NCBI GenBank assembly: GCA_963717145.1 | Contig: OY970325.1 | Span: forward strand, 1,920,001 to 1,984,000 | DNA length: 64,000 nucleotides | Direction: 5' to 3' | From: an uncultured Armatimonadetes bacterium | GTDB taxonomy: Bacteria; Armatimonadota; UBA5829; DTJY01 | Shown here: positions 29,025 through 39,977 of the stretch, piece by piece | Position numbering within the stretch: position 1 is the first letter of the stretch | Layout of the letters: every line of letters begins with the position of its first letter | Notes under the pieces: generated by a model | Database searches by the model: none | Told to the model about the DNA's origin: nothing | What the model saw: the letters and a program-made list of their open reading frames with translations, nothing else | Position numbers and translations under genes: made by a program

Positions 29025-30473
29025 TCATTCTTTGACCTCGCGCAACCGGCGGGCGGCCGTTTCCAGTGGAACCTGTCGCGGATCGCCATACGGCTCAGTC
29101 CATGATATGCCGACATTCCGAACGCCAACACCGGTCAGTCGCCGGCAGAGGTCGAGGGTCAGGCGACTCCGCACCTCGATCAGCGACGGATCATCGAACC
29201 GATTGTCCGACTCGCCTGGATCCTTCTCCAGATCATACAGCTCGCAGACATCGTCGTAGTAGACCGAGAGCTTGTAATGCCCGTCGGTGATCGCCGCTCC
29301 CGGGCCGAAGTTGTTCGGCGCAAACGGGGCCTTCTGCGGGCCGTATGGCGCGGGCCAGGTTGGAGCTTGCGTTCCCGCCTCGATGAGGACATTCGGACGT
29401 CCGTCACCCAGCTTCCCCTCCACGAGCCTCTGATGCAGGCTCTCCCCGACGAACGACAGCGGCCTCTCGATCCCCAGCGCCTCCAAGATCGTCGGGGCGA
29501 GATCGATCTGCTCCACAAGCCCGTCGAAGACGCCGTGGTACACCCCGTCGGGATGGCGAATGATCACGGGGATGCGCGTGAGACAATCGTAGAAGACGCC
29601 GATCTTATGCCATGCGCCTTGATCGCCGAGGAACTCGCCGTGATCCGAAAGGAATACAACCAGGGTGTCCTCGGCACGACCGGTATCCTCGAGGGCGTCC
29701 AGAATACGGCCGACCGAATCATCGACATATCGAATCTGACCCATGTAGGCGGCCCTCGCCTCCCGTATCTCGTCGTCGGTCGCCTCGATGGCCTGGCAGT
29801 TCGCCTGCCAGTTGGTCAGCCGGCGCGGCTTGCCCGATCCTCCGCCCTCCCGATACCTCGGCGGACGCTCGATCTGATCCCGCTCGAACATCGAGAAGTA
29901 AGGCTCCGGGCAGGTGAACGCGGGATGCGGGTCCTGCCAGTTGACCCACGCCAGGAAAGGCTCGGTTTGCCTGCGGATGAAATCGATCGTCTCATCAGCA
30001 AGGCGTCCGGTGATGTTGTACGGATGGTCGGCCTCCATCGCGAAGGCATCGAACGACCGCCGATACTTCGGGTGATCGTCGTAGTTGCCGACACATATCT
30101 CGTCCAGCTCGTCCCAGACGGCGGGCAGTTGATCGGCGTTGAAGCAGTGGTTCTTCCCGAACATGCCGGTGCGATAGCCCGCTTCCCTGAGCGAGCGGAC
30201 GAGGTTCGGCACAGCGTAGTCGATCGTGGATCCGTAGGTCCTGTGTCCATGCTCCGACATGCGGGTCGAGGTCACGAGGCTGATCCGGCTGGGACCGCAC
30301 AGGGGCGCGGCACAATAGGCTCGATTGAGCCTCACTCCCTCCGAAGCCAGGCGGTCGATGTTTGAGGTCCCGATCGTGGGATGGCCATAGCACGAGAGGT
30401 AGTCGGCCCGAAGCTGGTCAGGGCAGAGAATGAGAAGGTTCAGCCGTCCGTCTGAATGTGTTCGTCGCTTCAT
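29025..30473 (-). CDS. Formylglycine-dependent sulfatase
   Basis: DQLRAD, CGPSRIS (CxPxR), GKNH, DPH, SDHGEFLGD, ELYDL..DP.E. Confidence 0.93.
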   Translation of the reverse strand: MKRRTHSDGRLNLLILCPDQLRADYLSCYGHPTIGTSNIDRLASEGVRLNRAYCAAPLCGPSRISLVTSTRMSEHGHRTYGSTIDYAVPNLVRSLREAGYRTGMFGKNHCFNADQLPAVWDELDEICVGNYDDHPKYRRSFDAFAMEADHPYNITGRLADETIDFIRRQTEPFLAWVNWQDPHPAFTCPEPYFSMFERDQIERPPRYREGGGSGKPRRLTNWQANCQAIEATDDEIREARAAYMGQIRYVDDSVGRILDALEDTGRAEDTLVVFLSDHGEFLGDQGAWHKIGVFYDCLTRIPVIIRHPDGVYHGVFDGLVEQIDLAPTILEALGIERPLSFVGESLHQRLVEGKLGDGRPNVLIEAGTQAPTWPAPYGPQKAPFAPNNFGPGAAITDGHYKLSVYYDDVCELYDLEKDPGESDNRFDDPSLIEVRSRLTLDLCRRLTGVGVRNVGISWTEPYGDPRQVPLETAARRLREVKE

Positions 30474-30484
30474 GCTGTCTCCCC

Positions 30485-31727
30485 CTACCCCGGATCACAG
30501 TCCGCCAGCCATTCGTCAGTCAGATACCGGCCGAGTAGGAAGTGCTTGCGATCAGGATAGAACAGTATCCGCTCGCCCGCATCCTCCACCAGGCTGCAAT
30601 AAGTCGCAACCTGAGTGCCCGTGTCCGCCCCGGAAATCGGCGTCCAGTCCGTCGAGGCGAAGAGCTTCGGCGGACCGAATCGGATCGGCTGATCCCTGTC
30701 CGCAACCTCCCGCCCGATTGTTATGTAGGCCGGATTGCGCACGTTGATGCTGTCGGTCGGCCCTCGACCGCCGTGCCCTGAGCCGTCGTTATTGTAATAG
30801 ACGAGCAGGTATCGGCCGTCCCTCAGCTTATACAGTGGACAGGGCGCCATCGGATGCGGGATAGGTTTCCCACCGGGCTCATATCTCAACGGCCGCGGAT
30901 CATCCCACGTTCGGCCGTCATCCTCCGAGAGAGCATAGTAGATCATGCCACGAAGGGTCCGCATCACGACAATCAGCCGACCATCCGAAAACGCCTGAAC
31001 CGTCGGCTCCTGAGCGGTATTGATACCCTCGCGGAATGGATTCGGGACTGCGAGTCCGTGCGGCGACTTTGGCCAGGTGCTGACGATCAGCTTCTCGGGA
31101 TCGGACCCCGACAGGATATTCTCGAATCGCAGAAAACAGATCTCGGATGCGCGCTCGAACATCCCGACGCCGGGATCGATGGCATTGCTCGCCCATCGAG
31201 TGAACCCCGCCAGAACCGCTCCCTCAGGGGTGACGCCGGGATTCTGGAAGACGATCCATGTAGGCGGAATGCTCGGGTCCCGGATGGCTGATGGCATTGG
31301 GGGCGATCGCGAAATCAAATGTACCGCTCCAGGTGATTCCGTCGTCCTCCGAGTAACGGCCTCGCAGGACCCCGGTGTCGGCGGTCCGGGCATCGTCGAT
31401 GCCGATGTTCTTGTTGTAGAAGCACCAGATTCGGCGAGAAGAAACGATCAGGAACTGCCAGCTTGCGAGGCCGGTACCCGGAGGATCATTCGGCGTCGGG
31501 CCGTCGATCACTTGAGGAGCGGTCCAGGTGTGCCCACGATCAACCGAGCGGCTGAAGACGACTCGCTGGTCCGGGTTGCTCTCACGAGTCGCAGTGGTCC
31601 ATGTGGCCAGGAACGCGCCACCGGGAGTAGCGACGACATTGAAGTGCTGGTTCGCGTGATCGAGGCCGCCGGGTTTCTCCGGTATGTAGACCAGCAGATC
31701 GGGATTCGTTCGCTCCCACTCGTGCAT
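30485..31727 (-). CDS. Sialidase-like BNR/Asp-box protein, with a frameshift near 31280
   Basis: Asp boxes SVDRGHTW, SEDDGITW, SEDDGRTW. One extra G splits ORFs 31224-31886 and 30485-31393 (SHP-DPSIPPTW). Confidence 0.8.
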
Positions 31728-31735
31728 GATGTTCC

Positions 31736-33142
31736 TCACAGGTATTCCGAATACAGCGCCGTCTCGGCATCGACGATCGAGCCGTCGGGAAGCGCATACT
31801 GATTGGGAGTAACGCCCTCGTATGTGAGCCGCCCCTGGGTCGCCCGTTCGAGGTCGGCCTTCCGCGTGGCATACAGGCTCTCCCACGACTCGCCGTCACG
31901 CCACAGAAGCTCGTGCAGATCGGCCTCGACTCCCGCCAGGTTCCGCTCCTCGCAGGGATCGCTCACCATGTCGAAGAGCACCGGCGGATACTCCGGGAAC
32001 TCGACGTACTTCCATTCGGCGGTCCGGACGATGCGGAAGGTTGTCTCCACGCGGGCGATATGCTCGCTTCGGATGAACTCCTTCGTTCGGCCGCCGATCA
32101 GGCTCTCACCATCGAGGTCATCGGGGATCGGGAATCCGCACAAGTCGGACAGCGTCGGGAACAGATCCAGCAACTCGACGAGGCAACCCTTCTCGCAGGA
32201 CGCTCTCCCCGGGACTCGAATCAGCAGCGGCACTCCAACCGAACCCTCGTAGTACGTCCGCTTCCACCAGAGGCCGTGCTCGGAGGCCATGTCGCCGTGA
32301 TCGGAGGTGTACACGATGATCGTGTTGTCCAGCAATCCCCCGAGCTCGGACAGCAACTCCCCAATGCAGTCGTCGAGAAAGCTGACGGACGCATAGTAGG
32401 CTGCAAGTCCACGACGGCGGTCCTGCTCGCTGAACCTCGCCAGGCCGTAGTCCTCGACTATGAACCGGTCGTGGGGATGCATCTCGTCCGGAAACCCCTT
32501 CGGCCACGGGTGGAGTTTCGGTCCGTCGGGCCAGTATCGCTCCCAGAAACGAGCCGGCGTGGTCAGAGGATGATGCGGACGGGAATACGAGGCGCACACA
32601 AACCACGGGCGATCCGCATGCTCTCTGATGAAGTCCAGGCTCTCACGAGTGACAATCCGATCCTGAAGCTGGTCCTCGGGTATCTCCGACGGTCCGGCGA
32701 ACGGGAAGTGGCCGACCTTGTGATCGGTCCACTGGTGACCGCGGGCGGTCCAGGCCGGATCAGGCTGATGCCCGCAGAAACCGTTCGGCTTGAGGTCGCC
32801 GTAGGGACGAAACTGGAAGCCGTTCATCGGGCGCTCGCCACCGACGTGCATCTTCCCTATGCCGCAAGTGACATATCCGTGCTCGGCGAAATGCTCGGGA
32901 ATGGTTCGGTCGACAATTGGAAGGTTGTTCTTCCACGCGCCGGCACGATGCGGCAGGCGGCCGGTCCACATGCTGATCCTCGAGGGAGTGCAGAGCGGAC
33001 ACTGGCAGTACGCGTTGCGAAACCGCATGGACTCGGACGCCAGGCGGTCGAGGTTCGGCGTGCTGACCGCCCTGTCGCCGGCGAATCCTGCAACACGCCT
33101 GTTGTGCTGGTCGGAGATCAGGAAGAGTACATTCGGCTTCAT
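31736..33142 (-). CDS. Formylglycine-dependent sulfatase
   Basis: PNVLFLISDQH, TPNLDRLA, CTPSRIS, GKMH, TSDHGDM; promoter TTGACA-18-TATGAT at 33157-33186. Confidence 0.93.
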   Translation of the reverse strand: MKPNVLFLISDQHNRRVAGFAGDRAVSTPNLDRLASESMRFRNAYCQCPLCTPSRISMWTGRLPHRAGAWKNNLPIVDRTIPEHFAEHGYVTCGIGKMHVGGERPMNGFQFRPYGDLKPNGFCGHQPDPAWTARGHQWTDHKVGHFPFAGPSEIPEDQLQDRIVTRESLDFIREHADRPWFVCASYSRPHHPLTTPARFWERYWPDGPKLHPWPKGFPDEMHPHDRFIVEDYGLARFSEQDRRRGLAAYYASVSFLDDCIGELLSELGGLLDNTIIVYTSDHGDMASEHGLWWKRTYYEGSVGVPLLIRVPGRASCEKGCLVELLDLFPTLSDLCGFPIPDDLDGESLIGGRTKEFIRSEHIARVETTFRIVRTAEWKYVEFPEYPPVLFDMVSDPCEERNLAGVEADLHELLWRDGESWESLYATRKADLERATQGRLTYEGVTPNQYALPDGSIVDAETALYSEYL

Positions 33143-33243
33143 AGCGGCCTCGATCAATCATAGTCGCCGGCCACGTGGGATGTCAACCGTTGCAGGAAAG
33201 AACGCATGACCTGGCGGAATGTAAGCTCTAGAGGAGTCACAAC

Positions 33244-35652
33244 TTGGTTTTCAGATCATTGCTGCTCATATTCGCGTCCTTGGTCGCGCTTGCCGGACCT
33301 GCGCTCGTGCCTCAGCCGAAGGAGGTCAAGCTCATCGGGCCGCCGATACCGATGGAATCCGTTGCCATCGTAACGAGCGACAAGGCCTCTGAGCCCGAGG
33401 TCTACGCCGCTCAGACGCTTCAGTCGAGCGTGAGGAGGCGGTTCGGGCGGACATGGCCGATCCATCACGAAACCCCCTCAGGCGTTGAGGCAACGATTGT
33501 TTTCACCGTCGAATCGTCCACGGTCCATGACGGCTACTCGATCACGATGCAGGGAAGCAAGATCATCATAGCAGGGAGCAGTCCCCGAGCGCTGATCTAC
33601 GGCCAGGATACGCTTTTTCAGCTACTGAGCATGCAGGAAGGAAGGATAGTGCTCTCCAGGGCCTCGATCAGGGACTGGCCGAGCGTTCCGTGGCGAGGGA
33701 AGCCTCAAACCTCGATCGAGGCGCATCTGCAGCCGGGAGTAATGGACTGGTATGCCAGGGCCAGGCTCAATTTCATCGATCTTCGGAACGGGACCTACGC
33801 CTTTGAACCCGAGGACAAGCTCGACGAGGAGTCGATCGCAAGAGTGATCGAGGAGGCGCATCGGCGAGGAATCGTCGTCTATGCGACGATCAACTGTGGC
33901 ACGGACCGCAAGCTCTACGACACGACAATCCGCAAGTTCGAGCGGTTCATCGAGCTTGGGGTGGACGGACTTTGGGCCTCGTTCGACGACAAAGGGCCGG
34001 GAGAAGCACCGGCCGAGATCCTCGCCGGAGTCACGGCTCTCGGCAGGGAGCGTGGGATCACGGGCCGGATGATCGCCATCTGTCCGCCGAAGGGCTCGTA
34101 TCAGATGATCGCCAGCGACTTCACCCGGAACATGATGAAGGTCCCCGGCATGGACGAGGCGCTCTGGTTCTTCACGTGCCTCCCCACGCCGCAGAACCTC
34201 CAGTCCGCCAGGTCTCTGGGACTGAAGACCCCGCCCGCGTGGTGGCATAACTGGCCGAGGGGTCCGGGTCGCTCGATGATGGGCCCTTCGGTCGTCCCGG
34301 TCAGCTTCCTCTACGGGTCGGTCGGTCGTAAGGACGGCAAACCACCGTATCTGCCGATACCATCGCTCGAGGAGGGATGGCATCAACCGACCTACGATCT
34401 GCTGGCGACTTGCGGAGACTCCTGCAGCGCGGTGATGCAGTGGGGTGGAAGCACGTGGAAGGCTGAGTATACGTATCCCGTCATGGGCTGGTGGGCATGG
34501 AACCCTGAGGGACATGATTTGGCGGAAGTTCGGCGGCGGATCTATGAGCTGGTCTATGGACCTGCGCATGTCACGGACGCAATTGCATTCGATGACGGGT
34601 TCGACCGGCTCCGGCGGCTTTTCCTGTATCCGATCGCACCCGATGAAGAGCAAGTCAGGATTCCTCCGAGACTGGCCGACGAAACAGACCGTCAGGGGGC
34701 TGTGAAACTGCTCGGCGATCTCGATGCGACCGTCAAGCGGCTCCGGGCGGTGGAGGCGTCGGATAGCTTCGTGAGGGAGGACCGCTTCCAGTCATGGTTC
34801 ATCGACGCTCCCGTCGCCGAACTGGCAACTGCCAGGGTCGCTGCTGAGTTGCGGTACCCCGAGTATTCGTGGGACGCGCATCAGCGCAGGGTCCTGACTG
34901 CGGTATATGATGGACATCTTCCCGGGGCTGATCGGCTGATCGATACTGCAAAGCCTCGATTGCTGGCTCAGGCATCGGAGGCCCGGGACAAGCTCACCGA
35001 GGTGGCCGGCACGGACAAGTATGCCGAGTACTGGACCGCCAAGGCGAATCTGGATGCCGAGGGCTGGCGGGCGATGACAGATCAACGGAAGTCTGAGTTC
35101 CCCAAGCTGGTTGACGACATCCTGTATCAGCGAATCGGCGACCTGTCCAAGATCCTCAAGGGAATCAATTCACCACCGAACGATCTGCCGGTCATGGCAA
35201 CCGTCTGGCCCGACCGCGAGCAGTTCTCGGGCGAATGGAGAAGCAGCAGGTATCGGGACGCCTATATGTTCCTGCGGCCGAACAAGGCGTTCACGAACAT
35301 CGGGGACTACGATGAGGTTCAGATAGCCGCTCCCGGAAAGAAGATCAAGGGCTGGTACGGGGCTCAGTTCTACATCAACGCGTGGGTCGGCGAGTCTCTT
35401 GGACTGGAGATCATACGCGGACGATGGCTCGGTCGGAGGTTCATCACCCTGCTCCGCGGCGATGAAGTCCTCTGGCGGCAGGACGTCTCGCTGCTCCCGG
35501 GCGGCAGTTGGGTGACCGTCAGCCTCCCCGATGAGGTCGAGGATGCCGACAGGATCGAGTTGCGACTCCGGGTCGAGGACGTCCAGATCGCGGACAACTA
35601 CCCGGCTCTGATCTGCCTCAGCCCGATCCGCATACTATGCGTTCCAAGGTGA
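33244..35652 (+). CDS. Secreted protein with a GH20 zincin-like N-domain and a GH84-like catalytic region
   Basis: GAGGAG RBS with TTG start; LVPQPKEV, DGYSI, LIYGQDTLFQL, IRDWPSVPWRG, SFDD. Confidence 0.7.
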   Translation: MVFRSLLLIFASLVALAGPALVPQPKEVKLIGPPIPMESVAIVTSDKASEPEVYAAQTLQSSVRRRFGRTWPIHHETPSGVEATIVFTVESSTVHDGYSITMQGSKIIIAGSSPRALIYGQDTLFQLLSMQEGRIVLSRASIRDWPSVPWRGKPQTSIEAHLQPGVMDWYARARLNFIDLRNGTYAFEPEDKLDEESIARVIEEAHRRGIVVYATINCGTDRKLYDTTIRKFERFIELGVDGLWASFDDKGPGEAPAEILAGVTALGRERGITGRMIAICPPKGSYQMIASDFTRNMMKVPGMDEALWFFTCLPTPQNLQSARSLGLKTPPAWWHNWPRGPGRSMMGPSVVPVSFLYGSVGRKDGKPPYLPIPSLEEGWHQPTYDLLATCGDSCSAVMQWGGSTWKAEYTYPVMGWWAWNPEGHDLAEVRRRIYELVYGPAHVTDAIAFDDGFDRLRRLFLYPIAPDEEQVRIPPRLADETDRQGAVKLLGDLDATVKRLRAVEASDSFVREDRFQSWFIDAPVAELATARVAAELRYPEYSWDAHQRRVLTAVYDGHLPGADRLIDTAKPRLLAQASEARDKLTEVAGTDKYAEYWTAKANLDAEGWRAMTDQRKSEFPKLVDDILYQRIGDLSKILKGINSPPNDLPVMATVWPDREQFSGEWRSSRYRDAYMFLRPNKAFTNIGDYDEVQIAAPGKKIKGWYGAQFYINAWVGESLGLEIIRGRWLGRRFITLLRGDEVLWRQDVSLLPGGSWVTVSLPDEVEDADRIELRLRVEDVQIADNYPALICLSPIRILCVPR

Positions 35653-36125
35653 GCAACGGCATTGTTCGATTACCGCTGACTCCTCTCCCGGCTGCCCGCC
35701 GCTGCTGCTATGAGGCCGGAGACGCAGAAAGGGACTCCGGCATCGGCCAGAGTCCCAGTCATGTGGGAGCGGGGGCGCTCTCCCCGCTCAACTACAACTT
35801 CCTGATGATGCTCCTGGGCGTGCGGTGGGTGCTATCGCGGAATGGACGCAGGTCCGATCTCCAAAAATGGCTGGACACATGACTCCCAGGAAACGGGCCG
35901 CGACGCCTGCCTGCCCGTTTCCTGGTCCACTTCGTGCGGTCACATGATCAGTCTCCGGCAGCACGTGTGAACACAAGTTAATCAAATCTCCAGAGGGTCT
36001 CCATAGGAAAGGCGGACGTTCGCAATGACCGTGACTCAGAGTGGTACAGGTACGCCGGCAGTCAGGTAGTACAGGTTGTCGCCGACAAACTAGAATGAAC
36101 CCACTGAGACCAGAGACTGATCAAG

Positions 36126-37721
36126 CTAGCAGCCTGTCCATGAAATAACCTCTGGCGCAAGGTGCCAGGTATGTAGTAAAATACGGGTATGAGCAAGCCA
36201 TACCTTCCTTATCAACCTGACCAGATATTGCTGTTGCCGCCCTTGATGTCGGAGTGGCTGCCCGAGGGACATCTCGCATACTTTGTGAGCGATGTCGTAG
36301 ACAGTCTCGACCTTTCCGCGATATACGCCTCATACGAGAAAGAGGCCCGAGGAGCGCCGCCGTTCCATCCGGCAATGCTTACAAAGATCATATTCTACGG
36401 TTTGTGCCGGGGAGTGTATTCATCTCGAAAGCTCTCCCTGGCCACGTATGAAGATGTAGCCTTCCGGGTGCTTGCGGCAGGAAATCATCCCGACTTCCGC
36501 ACGATAAGCGAGTTCAGGAAGAGGCATCTCAAGTCCCTTGCGGACCTGTTTGTGCAAGTGCTCAGGCTATGCGCAAGCGCCGGGCTTGTGTCGATGAAAC
36601 ACATAGCCATAGACGGAACAAAGCTGCTTGCCAACGCAAGCAAGCACTCCGCCATGAGCTACTCTCGGATGGTCGAGAAAGAAAAAGAGCTTCAGGCTGA
36701 GATCGAGGCGCTCCTTGCGAAGGGTCTTTCTGTGGACGACCAGGAAGACGCGGAATATGGTCTTGACCGCCGAGGAGACGAACTCCCGGAGGAACTCGCA
36801 ACCAGAGAGAAGCGGCTCGCCAAGATCAGGGAAGCAAAAGAAGCGCTGGAGCGCGAGGCCAAAGAGCGAGCATCAGCCGAAGAAGCGATGCGAGCCCAAG
36901 AGAAGGCGGAGCAGGAAGCATCCGGGAAGAAGCCTCGCGGCAGAGAGCCGGGGCCCGTAAAGACAGAGCCGGAAGGGAAGGCACAGCGGAACTTCACAGA
37001 CCCGGAAAGCCGGATAATGAAGGACGCAAAGAAAGCCTTCGTGCAGGCATACAACGGACAAGCTGCGGTAGACGCAGATCATCAGATTGTAGTGGCGTGT
37101 GATCTCACGAACCAGGCAGCGGACTCACCGCATCTTAGTGACATGATCGAGGCAATCAAGGAGAACACCGGAAAGAAACCGGAAGAACTATCCGCCGATG
37201 CCGGATACTTCAGCAGCGACAACATAGAGATGGTCGAGCAGCAAGGGATCGACGCTTATATACCGCCTGACAGACAACGTCATGGCAAAGAGCCGACGGC
37301 GCCTTCCTGCCTTGATCCGGCAAAGCAATCCGCCGCAGATCGCCAGAGAGCAAAGCTCTTGACTCCTCTTGGCCGAAAGATCTACGGGAGGCGGAAGGAG
37401 ACGGTAGAGCCGGTGTTCGGCCAGATCAAGAGCGCACGGAACTTCCGAGGCTTCCTACTCCGAGGCCTTGCGAAAGCGAAGTCGGAGTGGACGCTTGCGT
37501 GTCTTGGGCACAACATGCTGAAGCTATACCGATACGGCGACCGGAAATCGATCTTCGATACGTAGATATATGACCTGGATCAGGCTGATTATCAAGGTAC
37601 AAGGGGTCTTTACAGACCCTCGCCGGAAATCCGGCGAAAAACACTATCGAACAGCAGCCAGCGCGACCCCGCAGATGGGAAACTCACCCACATAGCGGGG
37701 AATTCTCAGACAGGCTGCTAG
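36126..37721 (+). mobile_element. IS1182-family insertion sequence with CTAG target duplication
   Basis: Left end CTAG-cagcctgtccatgaaat, right end aattctcagacaggctg-CTAG (imperfect 17-bp inverted repeat). Confidence 0.88.
36189..37565 (+). CDS. IS1182-family DDE transposase
   Basis: EWLPEGHLA, PPFHPAML, SSRKL, PDFRTISEFRKRH, IDGTK, NFTDPESRIM, AYNGQ, ADAGY, VEPVFGQIK. Confidence 0.95.
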   Translation: MSKPYLPYQPDQILLLPPLMSEWLPEGHLAYFVSDVVDSLDLSAIYASYEKEARGAPPFHPAMLTKIIFYGLCRGVYSSRKLSLATYEDVAFRVLAAGNHPDFRTISEFRKRHLKSLADLFVQVLRLCASAGLVSMKHIAIDGTKLLANASKHSAMSYSRMVEKEKELQAEIEALLAKGLSVDDQEDAEYGLDRRGDELPEELATREKRLAKIREAKEALEREAKERASAEEAMRAQEKAEQEASGKKPRGREPGPVKTEPEGKAQRNFTDPESRIMKDAKKAFVQAYNGQAAVDADHQIVVACDLTNQAADSPHLSDMIEAIKENTGKKPEELSADAGYFSSDNIEMVEQQGIDAYIPPDRQRHGKEPTAPSCLDPAKQSAADRQRAKLLTPLGRKIYGRRKETVEPVFGQIKSARNFRGFLLRGLAKAKSEWTLACLGHNMLKLYRYGDRKSIFDT

Positions 37722-37810
37722 TTGTCGCCTGTCTTGCCCCAGTTTTCGTAGATAATCCCCCAATCTACCCGCCAACGATCCCGCCGCAGTTGACATCGCC
37801 ATTCACCTCT
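37718..37810 (-). pseudogene. Degenerate dockerin-like C-terminal fragment
   Basis: Minus strand reads GDVNCGGIVG/(V)DWGIIYENWGKTGDN* with a frameshift; its TAG coincides with the IS target site. Confidence 0.4.
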
Positions 37811-37899
37811 TCGTTAGCGCCACCCCATTTTAGACGAATGCATACATTTTGCAGCAGCATGAGCATGGGTCAACAGTGGCACTTCGGAATCTGAGAAAC

Positions 37900-39594
37900 T
37901 CAGCCCGATGCAAGTCTCTGGCAAATGAGCGACGCTGACAGTAGGGCATGCAAGCGCCGGACGCGGCGACGCTGTCTGATCTCATCAGAACCTAGCCGGT
38001 ACATGCTGGCGACCTTGATTGCATAGAAGAGGAGGGATTGGAGATATGGCCCTAGGCTTTGGCTCTCGACTTTGTCGTAAGCGCACTGGCGGATCTCCGA
38101 GGACAGTGCAGCAGAGAATAGGAGATCGTGGTGTCTATTATCGATCGATGACGTATCTATTGCAGTATCCAACCTATCGGATTGTAGGCCTATGCGCTCG
38201 AAGTCCAATAGCTCTCGTAGACTGGTATTCTCGGGCAAGCAGAACCGAGCCCAAGCTTCCAGTTCGGCGAAGTCCCGATAGGGGTGGCTGAACCCCGTGT
38301 TGGCGAAGTCTATCAGCCAGGGACGATCCGGATACGAGACAAGGATATTGCCTGCATGAAGATCCCCATGGCTCAAGCAGAGCCGTTCGGGAGTATCGAA
38401 GCTGATCCTACCATCGGTCATCGCAGTTGCTGGATTGGGTAGAGACTCACTTACTCCGTCGTCCCACGTGATCTCAATGTGTTCGCCGTCCTTAGAGAGC
38501 TTAACCCGATCATCCGAAGCCACCACCTCGCCAACCATGTCTTGCAGTCTAGTATGCAAGTTCTCTTGTTTCCATCGGAATGCAGCTAGGCTTAGTTGAG
38601 CCAAATCACCTAATCCGTTGGGTTCATGTGCCTCGAACCAAGGGGCGAGTGTCTCGAGAAAAATGGATCTTACCATCTTGACAGGCTTGTCGAGGTTCTG
38701 CACCTCCCTACAATCGCGACAATACTCATCGAATGTCTTGAGCTTATCGTTTATCTCTCCTACCAGGAATGTGAACGCCAATGCTCCGAAGTGCAGGGAC
38801 TCCCACGAATCGCTCAAATCTGTGGAGTTCTTTATATAATCCCTAACGTACTTCCGGAAGCGCTGCTTCTCCTCGTCGCTTCCCTCCCTAGTGCCAACCT
38901 TGACTATATACTCCCTGCCTCGACTTCCAGCCGCGTGCATCATGATGCGCAAGACGACTGAGCCGCCATGGCCACCTTCTACACGCGCGACAGAGATCTC
39001 ATCAGCGCCATCGTGAAACACTTTCTGCAGTAGACCATGAATCTCATCTTCCAGAATTAGACGATTCTTGTGTCTACTATACTTACCGCGTGCCACCGAA
39101 TCCAGGATGTACGCGGTTGTGAGCCCCCCCGTAAAATACACCTTTCGCTGCCAGTTCATTCTTACTCGCTTGGCCAGGACTTCGCCGATCCGAGCCGCCA
39201 ACTCCTCCATATGCACCTTTGGTATACAATCGAATGCTAGGCCCTGATGTACCACTAGTTCCCTGACCCAGGACATCTGCGTGTACCCGGATATAGCAAT
39301 AACCGTCAGTCCCGTGCCGTACCGTTCGCGGAGTATCTCCATCAATCTGTAACCCGAGGTATTGGATATGGTATCGTCCGGATCGTCGCCAGGATCTAGA
39401 CAGATATCCACTACTGCCACATGAGGACACGTGTCCTCAATGGAGGCTACCGCCTCGCTCTCATCCGAGCATCCTGAGACGGTGATCCCTTCATCCTCGA
39501 GGACAGACACCATCGCTCGCAAATCATCAGGGTCGTTATCGATAATGAGGACCCGCAATTCCTTTGGCAACACCGGCGACAACTCCATATTCAC
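37900..39594 (-). CDS. Response-regulator receiver fused to a kinase-like (APH / TCAD9-like) domain
   Basis: REC (VLIIDND, VAVVDICL, ISGY, K); GGHGGSVV, YIVKVG, HGDLHAGNILV, LIDFANTG, RDFAELE. Confidence 0.8.
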   Translation of the reverse strand: MNMELSPVLPKELRVLIIDNDPDDLRAMVSVLEDEGITVSGCSDESEAVASIEDTCPHVAVVDICLDPGDDPDDTISNTSGYRLMEILRERYGTGLTVIAISGYTQMSWVRELVVHQGLAFDCIPKVHMEELAARIGEVLAKRVRMNWQRKVYFTGGLTTAYILDSVARGKYSRHKNRLILEDEIHGLLQKVFHDGADEISVARVEGGHGGSVVLRIMMHAAGSRGREYIVKVGTREGSDEEKQRFRKYVRDYIKNSTDLSDSWESLHFGALAFTFLVGEINDKLKTFDEYCRDCREVQNLDKPVKMVRSIFLETLAPWFEAHEPNGLGDLAQLSLAAFRWKQENLHTRLQDMVGEVVASDDRVKLSKDGEHIEITWDDGVSESLPNPATAMTDGRISFDTPERLCLSHGDLHAGNILVSYPDRPWLIDFANTGFSHPYRDFAELEAWARFCLPENTSLRELLDFERIGLQSDRLDTAIDTSSIDNRHHDLLFSAALSSEIRQCAYDKVESQSLGPYLQSLLFYAIKVASMYRLGSDEIRQRRRVRRLHALLSASLICQRLASG

Positions 39595-39605
39595 CCTCCT
39601 ACGCT

Positions 39606-39977
39606 CTAGGCAAGAGCAAGAACGTGATCTACTGCCTTGAGCAGATCATCGCCATCGTAGTCCTTACCGATATACTCGGCAGCATTAGCCCTTAGGGCCA
39701 CGCTGGCTTCCGAGCATGATGGCACGGTTGAGATCACTATCATGGGCGTCCAGTCGTTCCTGTATAGCAGATCATAGAGCCGTTCTTGGCCCTCGCCACT
39801 AAGGAATCGGCTGTCCACAACGACAACGTCAAAACCGGAGGGTGCCTTGGAGCCAACTTCCAGGGCCTGTTCAAATGTCGACACGATATCTACCGCAAAG
39901 CCTTCGGCTCTGAGAACCTCCGCCGCGAACAGATCCCATGGGTCCTTATTGTCCAGCACCAAGATTCGACCGGTCAT
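39606..39977 (-). CDS. Stand-alone response regulator receiver
   Basis: ILVLDN, DVVVVD, IVIST, A.EYIGK. Confidence 0.85.
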   Translation of the reverse strand: MTGRILVLDNKDPWDLFAAEVLRAEGFAVDIVSTFEQALEVGSKAPSGFDVVVVDSRFLSGEGQERLYDLLYRNDWTPMIVISTVPSCSEASVALRANAAEYIGKDYDGDDLLKAVDHVLALA

